From positions 1 through 64,000 of the forward strand of contig CAVYYI010000002.1 of assembly GCA_963772725.1 (NCBI GenBank): a DNA stretch of 64,000 bases. Reading direction: 5' to 3'. Positions 8,825 through 21,886 of this stretch are shown here, in pieces. Each line of letters begins with the position of its first letter. Position 1 is the first letter of the stretch. The notes under the pieces were generated by a model that made no database searches, had not been told where the DNA came from, and saw only the letters and a list, made by a program, of their open reading frames with translations. The position numbers and the translations under genes are program-made. Source of the stretch: an uncultured Phycisphaerales bacterium. GTDB taxonomy: Bacteria > Planctomycetota > Phycisphaerae > Sedimentisphaerales > Anaerobacaceae.

Positions 8825-9891
8825 TTATGCTTTTGCCATCGCGTAGTCGGCATAATTTTCCTTGAGCCACTCTGAATCAATAGCGCCTTTCTTCAGAAGT
8901 TCGTTTATGGACTGGTCCATTGTGCACATACCGAATTTCTGGCCAGCCTGGAGCATACTGGGCAGCTCATGAAGCCTGCCGTGGCGGATAAGCGAGCGAA
9001 CCGCGGATGTTACCGCCATTATTTCGCATGCCGGAATCAGCTTATGGCCGTCTTTATGAGGCAATAGCTGCTGCCAGACAATTCCCGCCAAAGAAGCCGA
9101 CAACTGCACTCGAACCTGCTGATTTTGCTCCATCGGGAACATATCGAGAAGTCTGCTTATGGTCGCTACTACGCCGCGAGTGTGCAGGGTCGATATGGTC
9201 AGATGGCCCGTTTCGGCCAGAGTAATCGCCGCCTGGGCGGATTCACGGTCTCGTATTTCACCGACGACAACGATATCGGTCGATTGTCTCAAAACGCTTC
9301 TTAACGCTAAGCCGAACGAAGTAGTATCTTCGCCAACCTCTCGCTGGTCTATAGTGGCAAGCCTGTGTGTATGAACAAACTCAATCGGGTCCTCGATGGA
9401 AATGATATGGCATCGCCTGTGCTGATTTATATAATCAATCATCGCCGCGACACTTGTGCTTTTGCCGCAGCCGATTGGCCCTGTAATAAGAAAGAGTCCG
9501 CGGGGCAGCATAGCGAATTTTTCCAGTATATCGGGCAGGTTCAGCTCCTTAAAGCTCGGCACAGTTACCGCTATTATACGGGCGACAAGGGCTACGCACG
9601 GCGCTGCCTGTAAATATTCACACGGAAACGGCCGGCGCCTTCGACAACAAGGGATATGTCGATTTCCTTTTTGTTCTTGAACCTTTCTTTTTGCTCTTCG
9701 TTGAGAACGGACATGCACAGCCACTCAGTATCCTTGGGGGTAAGTTCAGGAAAATCGAGGTCAATAATCTGGGTGTAAACTCGCAATTGAGGTTGTCTTC
9801 CCGCTGTTATAATCAAGTCGCTGCCGCCTTTGGTCTGGCTCAACCGCACCAGCAAATTTTCAGTTGTAGGTAATCCTGCCAATGTGTTCAC
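8825..9891 (-). CDS. pilT: PilT retraction ATPase (split by frameshift near 9600)
   Basis: ORF 9592-9891 (GSDLII, GRFRVNIYRQR) joins ORF 8825-9724 (GPIGCGKST, IEDPIEF, VGEIRD, ETGHLTISTLHT). Confidence 0.92.
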
Positions 9892-10236
9892 TCCTTTCTT
9901 TTGTCAAATAACAACTTTTCCTTATAAAAAGGCTTAATTCAGAACCTTTTCAACTCTCATTGTATCTGACAGCATCATAAAATGCGAATTAATAATATAG
10001 TGCTTCAGCGAAAAATAAAATAAGGAAAATGCTTAATTTTCTTATGGCAAATGCTCAAATCCGGAAAAAACGCGGGTAAACTGCCTTTGCGCAATAGCGA
10101 TGATTTGAAGATTAACTGTACTGAGAAATCGAAGCCCGATTTACAGCGAATCTGGTCGATTGTGTTTGTGCCCATCCTGAACCTGGTCATCCCTTTCCAC
10201 GTCAGATTTTAATGTGAATATCGCGCAAATTATTAT

Positions 10237-12036
10237 TTAATCAGCATTTAACACATTTTCATTAAATGTAACAGACATTACTTCCTCAGCGGTTGTAACT
10301 CCCTCAAGCATTTTCTTGATACCGCTTTGGAATAAGCTGTTAAATTTCTTTTGGCGTACCAGTGAACGCAGTTCCGCCTCACTTGCACCGGCGATAATCT
10401 TTGAGCGTATATCATTGTCAAACACCATAAATTCAAAAATAGGAAGTCTTCCATAGTATCCTGTACCGCCGCAGGCGCTGCAGCCCTTACCCTCGAAGTA
10501 CGTGGCTTTATCCGCCTCAGCAGGGTCAATCTTGAGCCGTTCTATCAGTTCATTGCTGAGTTTAACCGGCTGCTTGCATTTATCACAAACCCTGCGAACA
10601 AGCCTCTGAGCTACAATAAGATTCAAAGTTGACGCCAGCAGGTATGGTTCAAGTCCCATATAAACAAGTCTGCTTATGGCACTTGGGGCATCATTGGTAT
10701 GGAAAGTGCTTAAAACCAGATGGCCCGTAAGCGAGGCCTTTATAGCAATTTCCATGGTTTCCTTATCGCGGATTTCACCAATCAGAACAATATCGGGGTC
10801 CTGACGAAGAATTGCACGCAAACTCAAACCGAAATCCAGGCCTATATCCGGTTTGACCTGAATCTGGTTAATACCATCAAGACGATATTCCACCGGGTCT
10901 TCCACCGTTGTTATATTCTTGCTCGGGTCTCTAAGATAATTCAACGCGGAATACAATGTGGTACTTTTACCGCTGCCTGTTGGCCCGGTAATAATGATTA
11001 TACCGTGAGGAAGAGTCAGTATATCTTTAAATTTTGCAAGGAGGTTGGAATCAAAACCAAGGCGGTCAAGATTATGGTCAACCGCAGATTTGTCAAGTAT
11101 TCGCATCACAATCTTTTCGCCGTAAATCGTAGGGATGGACGAAACACGAACATCGATATCTCTTCCCGTTGCTTTTATTTTGAATCGGCCGTCCTGCGGT
11201 AACCTGCGCTCGGCAATATCTATTTCAGAAAGTATCTTGATTCTCGCCGCTACCGCCGCCTGCATCTTGCGGGCGGGCGGAATCATCTCGCGCAGAACGC
11301 CATCGACACGCATGCGTATCTTCATCGACTTTTCCTGTGGTTCGATATGGATATCGCTGGCCCGGCTTTTTACGGCCTGTGACAGCAGCAAATCAACAAA
11401 ACGTATCACCGGCGCATCGTCAGCATCGGCCTCAGTGCTTATATCCGTCACAACGGATTCGATTTCCTCAACAGGATGTTTATTATCATCGTTAACCGCG
11501 ACAGAGACTATATCACGCATACGCTGCTCGGTAATATCCGAACCGTGATAAATGACTTCAATCGCCCGCAAAATATCCTTTTCAGTCGCGATTACAACCT
11601 TAACAGGGCACTTAAGATTCAGGGACACTGTGTCAACGGCGACGACATCCAAAGGGTCATTCATTGCCACAACAATCCTGCCGTCAGATTCGCCTATGCC
11701 GATAAGAGAGAAACGCTTGGCGATATTTTCCGGGATTTTTCTGGCGACGTTCATGTCTATCCCTGACAAATCGCCAAGGTTAGTAAATTCGACTGAAAGA
11801 AATTTGCCAAGAGAAGATGTTATCTCTTTCGAGGAAAGCACTTTCAGCTTGGTCAGTACCTCGCCTAATCGCCCGCCGTTGAGACGCTGCTCAGTAAGAG
11901 CTTCAGCCAATATTCTGTTGGTTATCAGGCCTCTCTCTGTCAGCCATTCTCCAAAACGCTCTGCATTTTTCACTTCAAATCCGCTTGGCATATTCTCAAT
12001 CGCTACCGTCGATTCTCCCATCTCTATATTTTCCAT
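10237..12036 (-). CDS. pilB: PilB/GspE extension ATPase
   Basis: N-terminal RFGEWL/RLGEVL (MshEN-like), ASDIHIEP, GPTGSGKST, EDPVEY, GEIRD, tetracysteine motif. Confidence 0.95.
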   Translation of the reverse strand: MENIEMGESTVAIENMPSGFEVKNAERFGEWLTERGLITNRILAEALTEQRLNGGRLGEVLTKLKVLSSKEITSSLGKFLSVEFTNLGDLSGIDMNVARKIPENIAKRFSLIGIGESDGRIVVAMNDPLDVVAVDTVSLNLKCPVKVVIATEKDILRAIEVIYHGSDITEQRMRDIVSVAVNDDNKHPVEEIESVVTDISTEADADDAPVIRFVDLLLSQAVKSRASDIHIEPQEKSMKIRMRVDGVLREMIPPARKMQAAVAARIKILSEIDIAERRLPQDGRFKIKATGRDIDVRVSSIPTIYGEKIVMRILDKSAVDHNLDRLGFDSNLLAKFKDILTLPHGIIIITGPTGSGKSTTLYSALNYLRDPSKNITTVEDPVEYRLDGINQIQVKPDIGLDFGLSLRAILRQDPDIVLIGEIRDKETMEIAIKASLTGHLVLSTFHTNDAPSAISRLVYMGLEPYLLASTLNLIVAQRLVRRVCDKCKQPVKLSNELIERLKIDPAEADKATYFEGKGCSACGGTGYYGRLPIFEFMVFDNDIRSKIIAGASEAELRSLVRQKKFNSLFQSGIKKMLEGVTTAEEVMSVTFNENVLNAD

Positions 12037-12385
12037 TTTTCCCCCTAACTCTACCGCTGTATTATAACCAATCTCTAATAAATTATAATCAACTATGAAG
12101 CAACTTGCAAAGCGAATTTCCGATTAAAATCAAAAATTAATTCATCTCGGACATAAAACACTGGTAACAGTCCGGATAGCATAATTATTATCGGAACAAT
12201 TTTTATTTTTTTTATTTCAGCCTACTCCCAATTTGTCTTTACAAAACTCCGGCTCGTACAAAAAGTATAACAATCATCGCTGGAAAAGCAAAACGTCCTG
12301 AATAAAAAAAGTGTCCCACTCATGGTCTGTAAAAAGTATTTAGCCCGAACTTTTATTTAAATACTCGTAAAATCGATTAGTTATT

Positions 12386-12859
12386 CATATATTCTCTCCG
12401 TCCGAGGTTATGAAAAACCTCAATAACAGGCTGTTGGCACTCGGCCTTTCAAATTATCCTTTTATAACATGCTGTTATTGCCTTTTGAATATTGAAACTA
12501 TGGAAGTAACCTATGTTCGCGCCGGACATCCCTACCCCATTCTTCTCCGAAATGGAGGGCAACCTAAACACATGGAAATCCCAGGGCCGCTGCTGGGAAT
12601 TTTCGAAGAGCCGGAATATCCACAGAAAACCATAAAACTTCAGAACGGAGATAAGCTTTTGCTATATTCAGACGAGGTAGAGTCTGTTATCAACGATTTG
12701 GACAAAATGGATAATCTGAATTTCAAGGAAGAGTTCCATAAAATCAAAGACCTGCCCATTGTCGAGATTATAAATAATTTGAATGTCCTTAGTAAGAGTA
12801 CAAAAATTGCTTCATCTGGAGTCGATGACATTACGATTGTAGGCCTTGAAGTGCTTTAG
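12386..12859 (+). pseudogene. C-terminal remnant of a PP2C/SpoIIE-family phosphatase
   Basis: RAGHPYP, GPLLG, GDKLLLYSDE (DG changed to DE), DDITIV. The N-terminal DVxGHG half is absent and there is an in-frame stop at 12368. Confidence 0.7.
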
Positions 12860-13253
12860 TCAATCCAAACTTCGCCCTTTTCGCCCTTTAGTATTAGAAC
12901 CAGCCTGACGAATCTTTTTCTCACGACTTGCGAAAAAACAGTCATTTTTTTTAAAACCCTATCAATAGTCCCATAATAACCATTCCCCCAGTATTAATTG
13001 CAGGTCAAATATTGGACTGCAACAAATTTCCTCTTTACTTTTGTACGACATTCGTGTATAATAAACACAAAATGGAATTTCAGTAATGTATAAACATTAT
13101 TATTAAGGGAGTTTGATTTGCGAGGCCGGAGAAAAACAATACCGGGGTTGGGCTTACACAAACAATGCACCAATCGGCTGTTACGGTGCAGATTTTGTTC
13201 ATTGTTCGTCATTAACGTTTCTTTTGTTCAAACTTTTTTAAGGATGGTTTAGT

Positions 13254-15209
13254 ATGAATAGTTCAGCAAGGATGAGAACGTATTTGTTGGCTGCTGTTAT
13301 CTGTATTTTCTGGGCTGGGTATTCGTCAGGTGCCGCTGATGATATAAATCAGCCGCTTTCCATCGGTGTGTCTGAGAAACCTGAGTCTGAACTCAGTAAA
13401 AAAGCTCAAGATGCCGAGAAACTTAAGGATAAACGGGAAGCCGCCGACCAAGCCAAACGTGAAAAAGCTGCCAAGGCAAAGGCTAAGAATGAAAAATGGA
13501 TTGAGCAAATTAAACTGCCCGAGGATGCAACGCCCAAAATTCCCATCAAAGAATTCCAAATTAAAGGCAACACTTTAATCTCTACGGAACAGTTGCTGAA
13601 AAATGTGCCACCGATTTATAATTCATCACAGCAACCCATCAAACAGGCTGGCCCAGATTACCTTTATGATTTTAGAACCATTCGTGACATCATACAAAAA
13701 CCCGGTGAGATACGTGATGTTTCCGCCAGAAGCATTACGGGTTTTACTCAATATCTTCTGTCGGTCTATCAAACGCATAATTATTCCGGAGTTTACATTT
13801 ATATTCCATCGGAATCTATTACTGCTGCTATGCAGACGCGTGAAGGAATCTTACCTGTAGTAGTTATTGAAGCAAAAGTCTCCGATGTGAATATCACTCA
13901 TTACACCCCTCAGGGCCAAAAAACGGAAAAAGAATATCTCCATGATTCCATAATTCGTGAATGGTCGCCCGTAAAACCGGGAGAAATAGCAAACAAAAAG
14001 AAATTGGATGATTTTTTAAATCTTCTGAACCTTAACCCCGACAGGTATGTCTCAGCCACTGTATCACAGGGAACGGAACCCAATTCTTTGGTTGTCGGAT
14101 ATGACATCTTTGAGGTAAGCCCGTGGCATTATTTTATTCAGGTGGATAATGCCGGCACCAAAGACAGACGCTGGGCGCCAGATTTGGTTTTATCAATACA
14201 AATCTTACCGGAAGAGATGATAAAATTATGGCTGTAGCTCAGGCAAAACCGGAATCGGGAATAGAAGATAATTATTCTGTTTTCGGCAGTTACGATTTTC
14301 CACTCTGGACACCGCGGCTCAGACTTAATATTTATGCATTAAAGAATGAGTTCGACACTGCCGGAGGTAATGGCATCAACTTCCTGGGCATGGGTTATGA
14401 ATATGGAAGCATATTGCGGTTCAACGCATTCCAGAAGGACAACTGGTTCTTCGACCTGCTCGGTTCGGTCAAACACGTGAAAAGCAAGGTTACACCTTCG
14501 TTATTCCCGGAGTTTTTCGGCTCAGAGGTCGCTATTGATTTGTGGAGCGTCGGGGCGGAATTGCACCATCAGGACGATATGTCCGGTACGTCTCTTTCCT
14601 TCGACCTTTCACAGAGTATGGGCGGTTCAGACCAGAAAAAATTCTGGGACCCTGCAACATTAACCGGAGCAAGAACAAATGCCGAACGGGATTTCAGCAT
14701 CCTGACACTTTCAGCATCACATTCTCAGTTTCTCGACCAGACAAAGGTTCATCGCATCCTCGGTACGGCAAAATATATTCAGCCTGATGAGAGGCTGGTT
14801 CCTGTAATGATGACGATCTTTGGCGGAATGTACACGGTAAGAGGCTATAAGGAAAGCGAAATTGTTGCCGATGGAGGAACGCTTGCTTCCGTTCAATATG
14901 AATATGATTTTGATTAAGAAAGAACAGGCAGGCCAAAAAACTCCGCAGGAAACAGAGAAGGAAAATAAGAGACCTTGGCTGAGAAGACTGGCTCCGCTTG
15001 TTTTCTTCGACTACGGCAGAGCGGTCATAAAACACCCCGTCCCAGGCGAAATTGGAGCACAGGATTTGTACTCGGTCGGTCCTGGCATAGTCGCCGAGAT
15101 AGGAGACAATATAACCGCCGGAGCTTTCTACGGATTCGTTCTTAAAGAGGCCGGGGATAACGACGATGGCGACAGCCGCTTAAATGTTAATCTGGTTTTG
15201 AGATGGTAA
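13254..15209 (+). CDS. TpsB (ShlB/FhaC/HecB) outer-membrane transporter, two apparent frameshifts
   Basis: Signal peptide, POTRA-like FQIKGNTLI, VDNAGT, FGGMYTVRGY (VRGY loop), FFDYG, terminal W; three ORFs 13254/14228/14862. Confidence 0.88.
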
Positions 15210-15307
15210 TAAATTACAGGCTGAAACGGTACAGCCTGAATGAATAAAACGAATTGTTAGAAGGAAAAAAAAGAAAAATTGTTCTTGGAAATTGTGAGGG
15301 AAAAAAG

Positions 15308-18300
15308 ATGAAATCCATAAAAAGAAATTTTAGGAAATTTTATGTAAGGCAAATTATCGCTGTTTTTCTTGCGGGCCTTATGTTCTTCGGGACATCTATT
15401 ACACTTGCTGCGCCAAATGTAGCTGACCCGGGAACTGCCGCAATTACTCAGAGCAGTAATACAACGAATGTCGGGGTTACTGCCGCTCAAACAATTATCG
15501 GCTGGAACAGTCTGAATACGGCTGCAAACGAAAGCCTTAATTTCACTAAGTCAGGCGTTACTGATGCCGCAGTGCTAAACCGCGTAATATCAGGAAGTAT
15601 GACGCAGTTCGACGGCTCAATGACGGCACAAACCGGGATGAAAATTTTTATGGTCAACCCTGCGGGTATCGTTTTCGGCCCAACCGCTGTTATTAATGTG
15701 CCGCAGTTAGTTGCTTCCGGCCTTAATATCACTGATACCGACTTCATGGCGGGCCATTATGAATTTTCAGGCGGCAATGGCGCCGTGATTAACCAGGGTC
15801 AAATTATAGCCGACGGCGTGGCACTTATCGGTAAAATGGTTCAAAATATAGGTACTATTACCACAACCTCTGGCGGTTACGTCGCGATGGTCGCGGGCGA
15901 CCGGGTTCTTCTCGGCGAACCGGGCAGCAAAATCGTCATTGAGACTGATTCTGTTTCAGCTCTCGACGCTGGTGTTGGAAGTGTCACCAATAACGGCACA
16001 ATCAATGCCCCAGCAGGCCAGGTTGTTCTTGCTGCCGGAGATATTTTTTCTGCTGCACTTAGTCTTGACGCAAAAGCGGTAAAGGTTATAGATGGTATTG
16101 GTACCGTAGCTCAGAACGGCACAATTAATGCCGATGGCACAGCAGGCGACGGCGGCATCATCAGTATAACAGCAGGCAGTGAAACAACCTTATGCTCCGC
16201 AAGCGTAACAACCGCAAATGCCGGCACCGGTGGTGACAGCGGACTGGTTATAGTTCATTCTTCAGGCGATACCTCTGTGCAGTCTGGCGCAAAAATTGAG
16301 GCTAAGGGCGGCAACACACCAGACGCTGATAAAACCGTTAAAACCAGCGTGCTAATCGCAGGAAATCAGGTTAATCTTGCCGGCAGCGTTGATGCTTCGG
16401 CGGCAATCAGCTCCGGACAAAAAGGGAAGGTTGTACTTGATGCTCTCAACTGGACCATTGCTGATGGCTCTAAACCGGTTAGCCCACCAGACAATACTCT
16501 TTACGAAAAATGGATAGAAGCCCAGTCTCAGGCTAATACAGACCTCGAAGTGGTTGCTCATTCGCCCACTAATGGGAATATTATAGTAAACAATATAAGT
16601 GATGGTATAATCACAGGCGGCAGCGGCGATATCGCGATGCGTACCGTGTATAACACCGGAGGAATTACCTTCCTGTCCCCAGGCACAACTTCGCTTCTTA
16701 CTAATAAGGGCGGCAGTATATATATGCTTGCCGGAAGCGGCGGAATTACCACAGGTAATATAACTACTAATGTTCCGTCGAATGACAAGGTAACCGACCC
16801 AGGCAAAATCAGACTGCTTACCACTAACGGCGGAGATATAACAACCGGCGCTTTGACTGTTGACGGCGGAAGTTATGATGAAATTTCTGCCATTGCCTCC
16901 CCTGATGCAGAGCATCCAGGCGACCTGACGATTAATGGTTCCGTGCAGGTGACCACCAATCAGGTACCTTCTGTAGAAAAGAGGTCGGCCAAGCCATCCT
17001 TTGCCTTGAAGCTGGTGGAAATATATATGTTGACGGTGACGTAACTGTTGATGCCCATGGTAAACAACAAACCAATGCTGATATTCGCGTTTGCGCAGGC
17101 AAAGACGTTACTGTTAACGGCAGTCTTGACGCAGAGGCAAAGACTTCGCAAACAGGTACGAGCAATACTGCAAAGGCAACAATAGTATTGCATGCAGGCT
17201 GGAATGAGATTGGACCGGGTACGATTACAACGGACAGCACTCACGTTAAGGCATCTATTTCCGGCACCGGTTCGGCATTGGAATTGACTCAACCTGGTTC
17301 TGATTCAAAAGAAGGAATTTATGTAAAAATAGAAATAAATAATAAAGTTGAAGGCCCTTGTCCGGATTGCCCGCTACCTCCAAATCTGACACCGCCAATA
17401 GCGCCCATTTTAGAATTGGGACACATGAACATAATTATTACCGGTAATGTCCTGCCTACTGACACAGGTCATACTTTCACCGTCCTCAATTATAGTCAGC
17501 CAAGCCATGGAACAGTTACTGTCAATCCAGATGGTACCTTCTCTTATACCCCTGGTACAGGTTTTGTCGGAATAGATTCTTTTATTTATATCGCATCAGA
17601 CGAAAACGGTAATGTTACCGACCCCATTACTGTTACTCTTACCCTGACCAACGCCCTGCCGACCGCGGGAGACGCTTCTGAGAGCGGGCATATGAATATA
17701 GCTCTCGACGGCAGTGTAATATTCAGCGATACGCCCGATAGTCTGGCAAAAGGCGAGATTGATGCTCTTACAGTTGTGGTAACTTCACAGCCCACTCACG
17801 GTACTGTGAACTTCAATACGACAACGGGAACGTTCACATATACGCCAACGGATACGGGCTACGTCGGTACGGATACATTTACCTATACGGTAAGTGACGG
17901 CCAGCAGGGCGCAGAACCAGCCGTTGGCACCGTTACTCTTACCCTGACTAACGCCCTGCCTACCGCGGGAGACGCTTCTGAGAGCGGGCATATGAATATA
18001 GCTCTCGACGGCAGTGTAATATTCAGCGATACCCCTGACAATCTTGCCAACGGTGAGATAGACGCCCTTACGGTTGTGGTAACTTCACAGCCAACTCACG
18101 GAACCGTGAACTTCAATACGACAACAGGAACGTTCACATATACGCCAACTGATGCGGGCTACGTCGGCACGGATACATTTACCTATACGGTAAGTGACGG
18201 CCAGCAGGGCGCCGCTCCGGCAACCGGCACCGTTACTCTTACCCTGACTAACGCCCTGCCTACAGCTGACGACGGCTCTGCAAGCGGGCATATGAATATA

Positions 18301-20294
18301 GCTCTCGACGGCAGTGTAATATTCAGCGATACCCCTGACAATCTTGCCAACGGTGAGATAGACGCCCTTACGGTTGTGGTAACTTCACAGCCAACTCACG
18401 GAACCGTGAACTTCAATACGACAACAGGAACGTTCACATATACGCCAACTGACGCGGGCTACGTCGGCACGGATACATTTACCTATACGGTAAGTGACGG
18501 CCAGCAGGGCGCCGCTCCGGCAACCGGCACCGTTACTCTTACCCTGACTAACGCCCTGCCGACCGCGGGAGACGCTTCTGAGAGCGGGCATATGAATATA
18601 GCTCTCGACGGCAGTGTAATATTCAGCGATACGCCCGATAGTCTGGCCAAAGGCGAGATTGATGCTCTTACAGTTGTGGTAACTTCACAGCCAACTCACG
18701 GAACCGTGAACTTCAATACGACAACAGGAACGTTCACTTATACTCCGACGGATACGGGCTACGTCGGTACAGATTCATTTACCTATACGGTAAGTGACGG
18801 CCAGCAGGGCGCTGCTCCTGCAACCGGTACCGTTACTCTTACCCTGACTAACGCCCTGCCTACAGCTGACGACGGCTCTGCAAGCGGGCATATGAATATA
18901 GCTCTCGACGGCAGCGTAATATTCAGCGATACCCCTGACAATCTTGCCAACGGTGAGATAGACGCCCTTACGGTTGTGGTAACTTCACAGCCAACTCACG
19001 GAACCGTGAACTTCAATACGACAACAGGAACGTTCACATATACGCCAACTGACGCGGGCTACGTCGGCACGGATACATTTACCTATACGGTAAGTGACGG
19101 CCAGCAGGGCGCCGCTCCGGCAACCGGTACCGTTACTCTTACCCTGACTAACGCCCTGCCTACAGCTGACGACGGCTCTGCAAGCGGGCATATGAATATA
19201 GCTCTCGACGGCAGTGTAATATTCAGCGATACCCCTGATGCAATCTTGCCAACGGTGAGATAGACGCCCTTACGGTTGTGGTAACTTCACAGCCCACTCA
19301 CGGTACTGTGAACTTCAATACGACAACAGGAACGTTCACATATACTCCAACGGATACGGGCTACGTCGGCACGGATACATTTACCTATACGGTAAGTGAC
19401 GGCCAGCAGGGCGCAGAACCAGCCGTCGGCACCGTTACTCTTACCCTGACCAACGCCCTGCCTTTTGCTAATAATGGTTCAGTTAGCGGTAGTGTGAATA
19501 TAACTATTGACGGCAGTGTGCTATTTGGAGATAAGCCGGATAACTTTGCTAATGGCGAGATAGACCCACTGACGGTATTGATAACTCAGCCGACACTTCA
19601 TGGGATTGTGACCTTTGACACGCAAACTGGAAAGTTTATCTATGTACCAAATGCCGGCTATATCGGCGAAGATTCGTTAACGTATTCCGTAAGCGATGGT
19701 CAGCAAGGTGCTAACCCCGCAAATGGAATTGTGACAATCCAGGTGACAGGAAATCCTGTTCCTATGATACCAGCGGCTCCACTGCCCGTTATTCAGGCGC
19801 CTGAAATATCAGGCTGTCCGCTTCTGCTTCAGGTTGCCGCTGCCGAACTGGGAACTACCAAGGAAAATATCCAGGTCTCTATACAAAAAGCTCTGGCGAC
19901 AGCTTCATATACTCAGCCTTGCGATGGATGCTCGAGGCTAGTTAAATATGCCCAGATACTGAATGATGCAGATGGGAGCAATATGGCCGCTGCGGTTCAG
20001 GTATTTAATGAAATCGCTCCTGCCGATACGCCTTTCACACCTGAATTAAGTGCAAGAATTGCGGATGCTATGCGGTCCCATATTAACGACCCGTTAAATC
20101 CTCAGTATGCCAAAGCAATGGAATTTGTAGATGCCTTTGCCAACTACATTTCTGTTGTCAAAACCGACCTCGGCTCACCCATAGATAACCCGGTAGAGTA
20201 TGTTATGCAAAAACACGGCGGGGCTGTACTTGAGAGCAACAACGCTGCTCTTAAAGCATTTATTGCCGCAAGACTGGAAGCTATTGGCGGATAA
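15308..20294 (+). CDS. TpsA filamentous haemagglutinin-like exoprotein with tandem Ig-like (Big_9/cadherin-like) repeats, frameshifts near 16980 and 19239
   Basis: TPS domain LNRV...MVNPAGIVFG, beta-helix-like repeats, then 100-aa units containing QPTHGTV, GTFTYTP, GTDTFTYTVSDG. Confidence 0.88.
17632..19461 (+). repeat. Six near-identical 300-bp coding tandem repeats (plus diverged flanking units)
   Basis: Units start at 17632, 17932, 18232, 18532, 18832 and 19132. Confidence 0.97.
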
Positions 20295-20314
20295 TACGTA
20301 ATGCTTGACTTTAT

Positions 20315-20357
20315 GCGGGGTAGGATAGTTTTGTCTGTCCTATCCCGCTTTGTTTTT
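20315..20357 (+). terminator. Intrinsic terminator between convergent tpsA and TPR genes
   Basis: gcggggtaggatag-ttttgt-ctgtcctatcccgc followed by tttgttttt. Confidence 0.7.
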
Positions 20358-20364
20358 ACTTATC

Positions 20365-21294
20365 TTACCTGCCATAAAATACACGGGCAACCTCTTTGCC
20401 TGCAAATGTCTTGCCGACAAGCTGCTCTAACTTCGCGATTTCAATAATATCACGTGTTTTTCCAACTACCGAACGAGCCTCATTAATCAAATCCATGGAT
20501 TGCTCATATTTGCCTTCGACCTGATATATATTAGCCATTACTATCAATGTGGGAGCAATTAAGTGATTCTCGGGGCCGTAAATACTTTTTTGAATCTTAA
20601 GCGTACTGGCTATCAACGGTTTCGCCTCATCATATCTATTTTCAAGTATATATAATCGGGCAATATCGCCCATCACTTCCACCGTATAAAGATGCTCAGC
20701 ACCGTAAGCGACCTTTATTGATTCCAATGCCTGCAGATAATTAACTTCTGCCTCTTTTAGATTGCCCTGAGCAAAAAGCACCTTGGCTAAATCCACTTTG
20801 AATGGAGCTATAATATCGTTCTGTGGAATGCGCATTGAGCATAATAGAAATCGCTTTATCTATGACAATCCTTGCTTTTTCATATTCTCCCTGCTCTCTG
20901 TAAATTGATCCCAGCGTCCTAAATGTATAAGCAATATACGGATGTTCTTCGCAAAGAACCTTTTGCTGCTGCTCGAGACCAAGATTGCACATCTGTTCTG
21001 CCTCATTCAGCATATCCTTATGGCTGTACAAAACCGCCAGGTCAATATAACACAACGCCAGCTCGCTATCGCTGGCATTCTCTTTTTTTGCCGAAGCCAG
21101 CGCTTTTCCGCGAACGGCTGCGCCTTATCGTAAAAACCATAAGTCATATACATTCTTGACAGGCAGCGAAGTTGTTTGCTGGAAGATGTTGCCGCCGCAC
21201 CGTTATTTTTCCCATAAGCGATACCCACCGTATGGAGTAATTGAACTGTCATAAACACTACCAACAAAACCGAAAGGTTTATCTTTCTTGACAT
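20365..21294 (-). CDS. Secreted tetratricopeptide repeat protein (kinesin-light-chain-like TPRs), two apparent frameshifts
   Basis: Signal-like N-terminus; EHPYIAYT, YGAEHLYT and YGPENH repeats across three ORFs. Confidence 0.8.
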
Positions 21295-21886
21295 ACAGTC
21301 TGCCCTCTTTACATTATTAACGTAATTATTTATCTCCTAAACCGCTCCTCTGCCGCTTTGGAAATAACATCTTCGCCCCAAACACCCAATATTTATGGCT
21401 ATTTAAAGCATAAGAAACAACTTTATCCTCGTCAAATTACCCACCCCCCTTTAGCAGGAAATTTCGTTTATGTTCCTAAAATATTCTTGCGGTTACTCGT
21501 CTTCTATTTTAGGACTTTGCTGACTTTGCGGAATATCTCAGGAACGTCCTTTTTTATTAATTATAAATCTCCTTATCTCAGCCCCTTATGTCTGTTTATG
21601 GTCTTATAATTTCAGCAACGGAACATTTTAATATTAATGGAAAATTATACAGGCTCAAAACGTGTAAAACAGAACAGGTTATTGGTGAAAAAATGCAGAT
21701 TTTCAAGATTCCGTATTGAGAGAAAGGTTGCATGGTTCAGTACGGGTTTATTCGCTTATCAGCATCTGCTGATTTTACTCCAACACCTCTGCTCTATTTG
21801 ACCGGCGATTGTCAGTCGAAATCGGAGAAAAAGGATTAGAGGTTAATTCACGGCTGGCTGTTCCGTTTGTTCTATTGCAGTCGCGA

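Noticed and set aside
8825..9891. Programmed frameshifting or true pseudogenisation of pilT, glnA, fhs and cimA
   Set aside because: Too many unrelated genes are affected and no consistent slippery-site signal is seen; assembly error is more parsimonious
17632..19461. CRISPR or DGR template/variable repeats
   Set aside because: In-frame coding repeats with no spacers; differences are not adenine-specific and no reverse transcriptase is present
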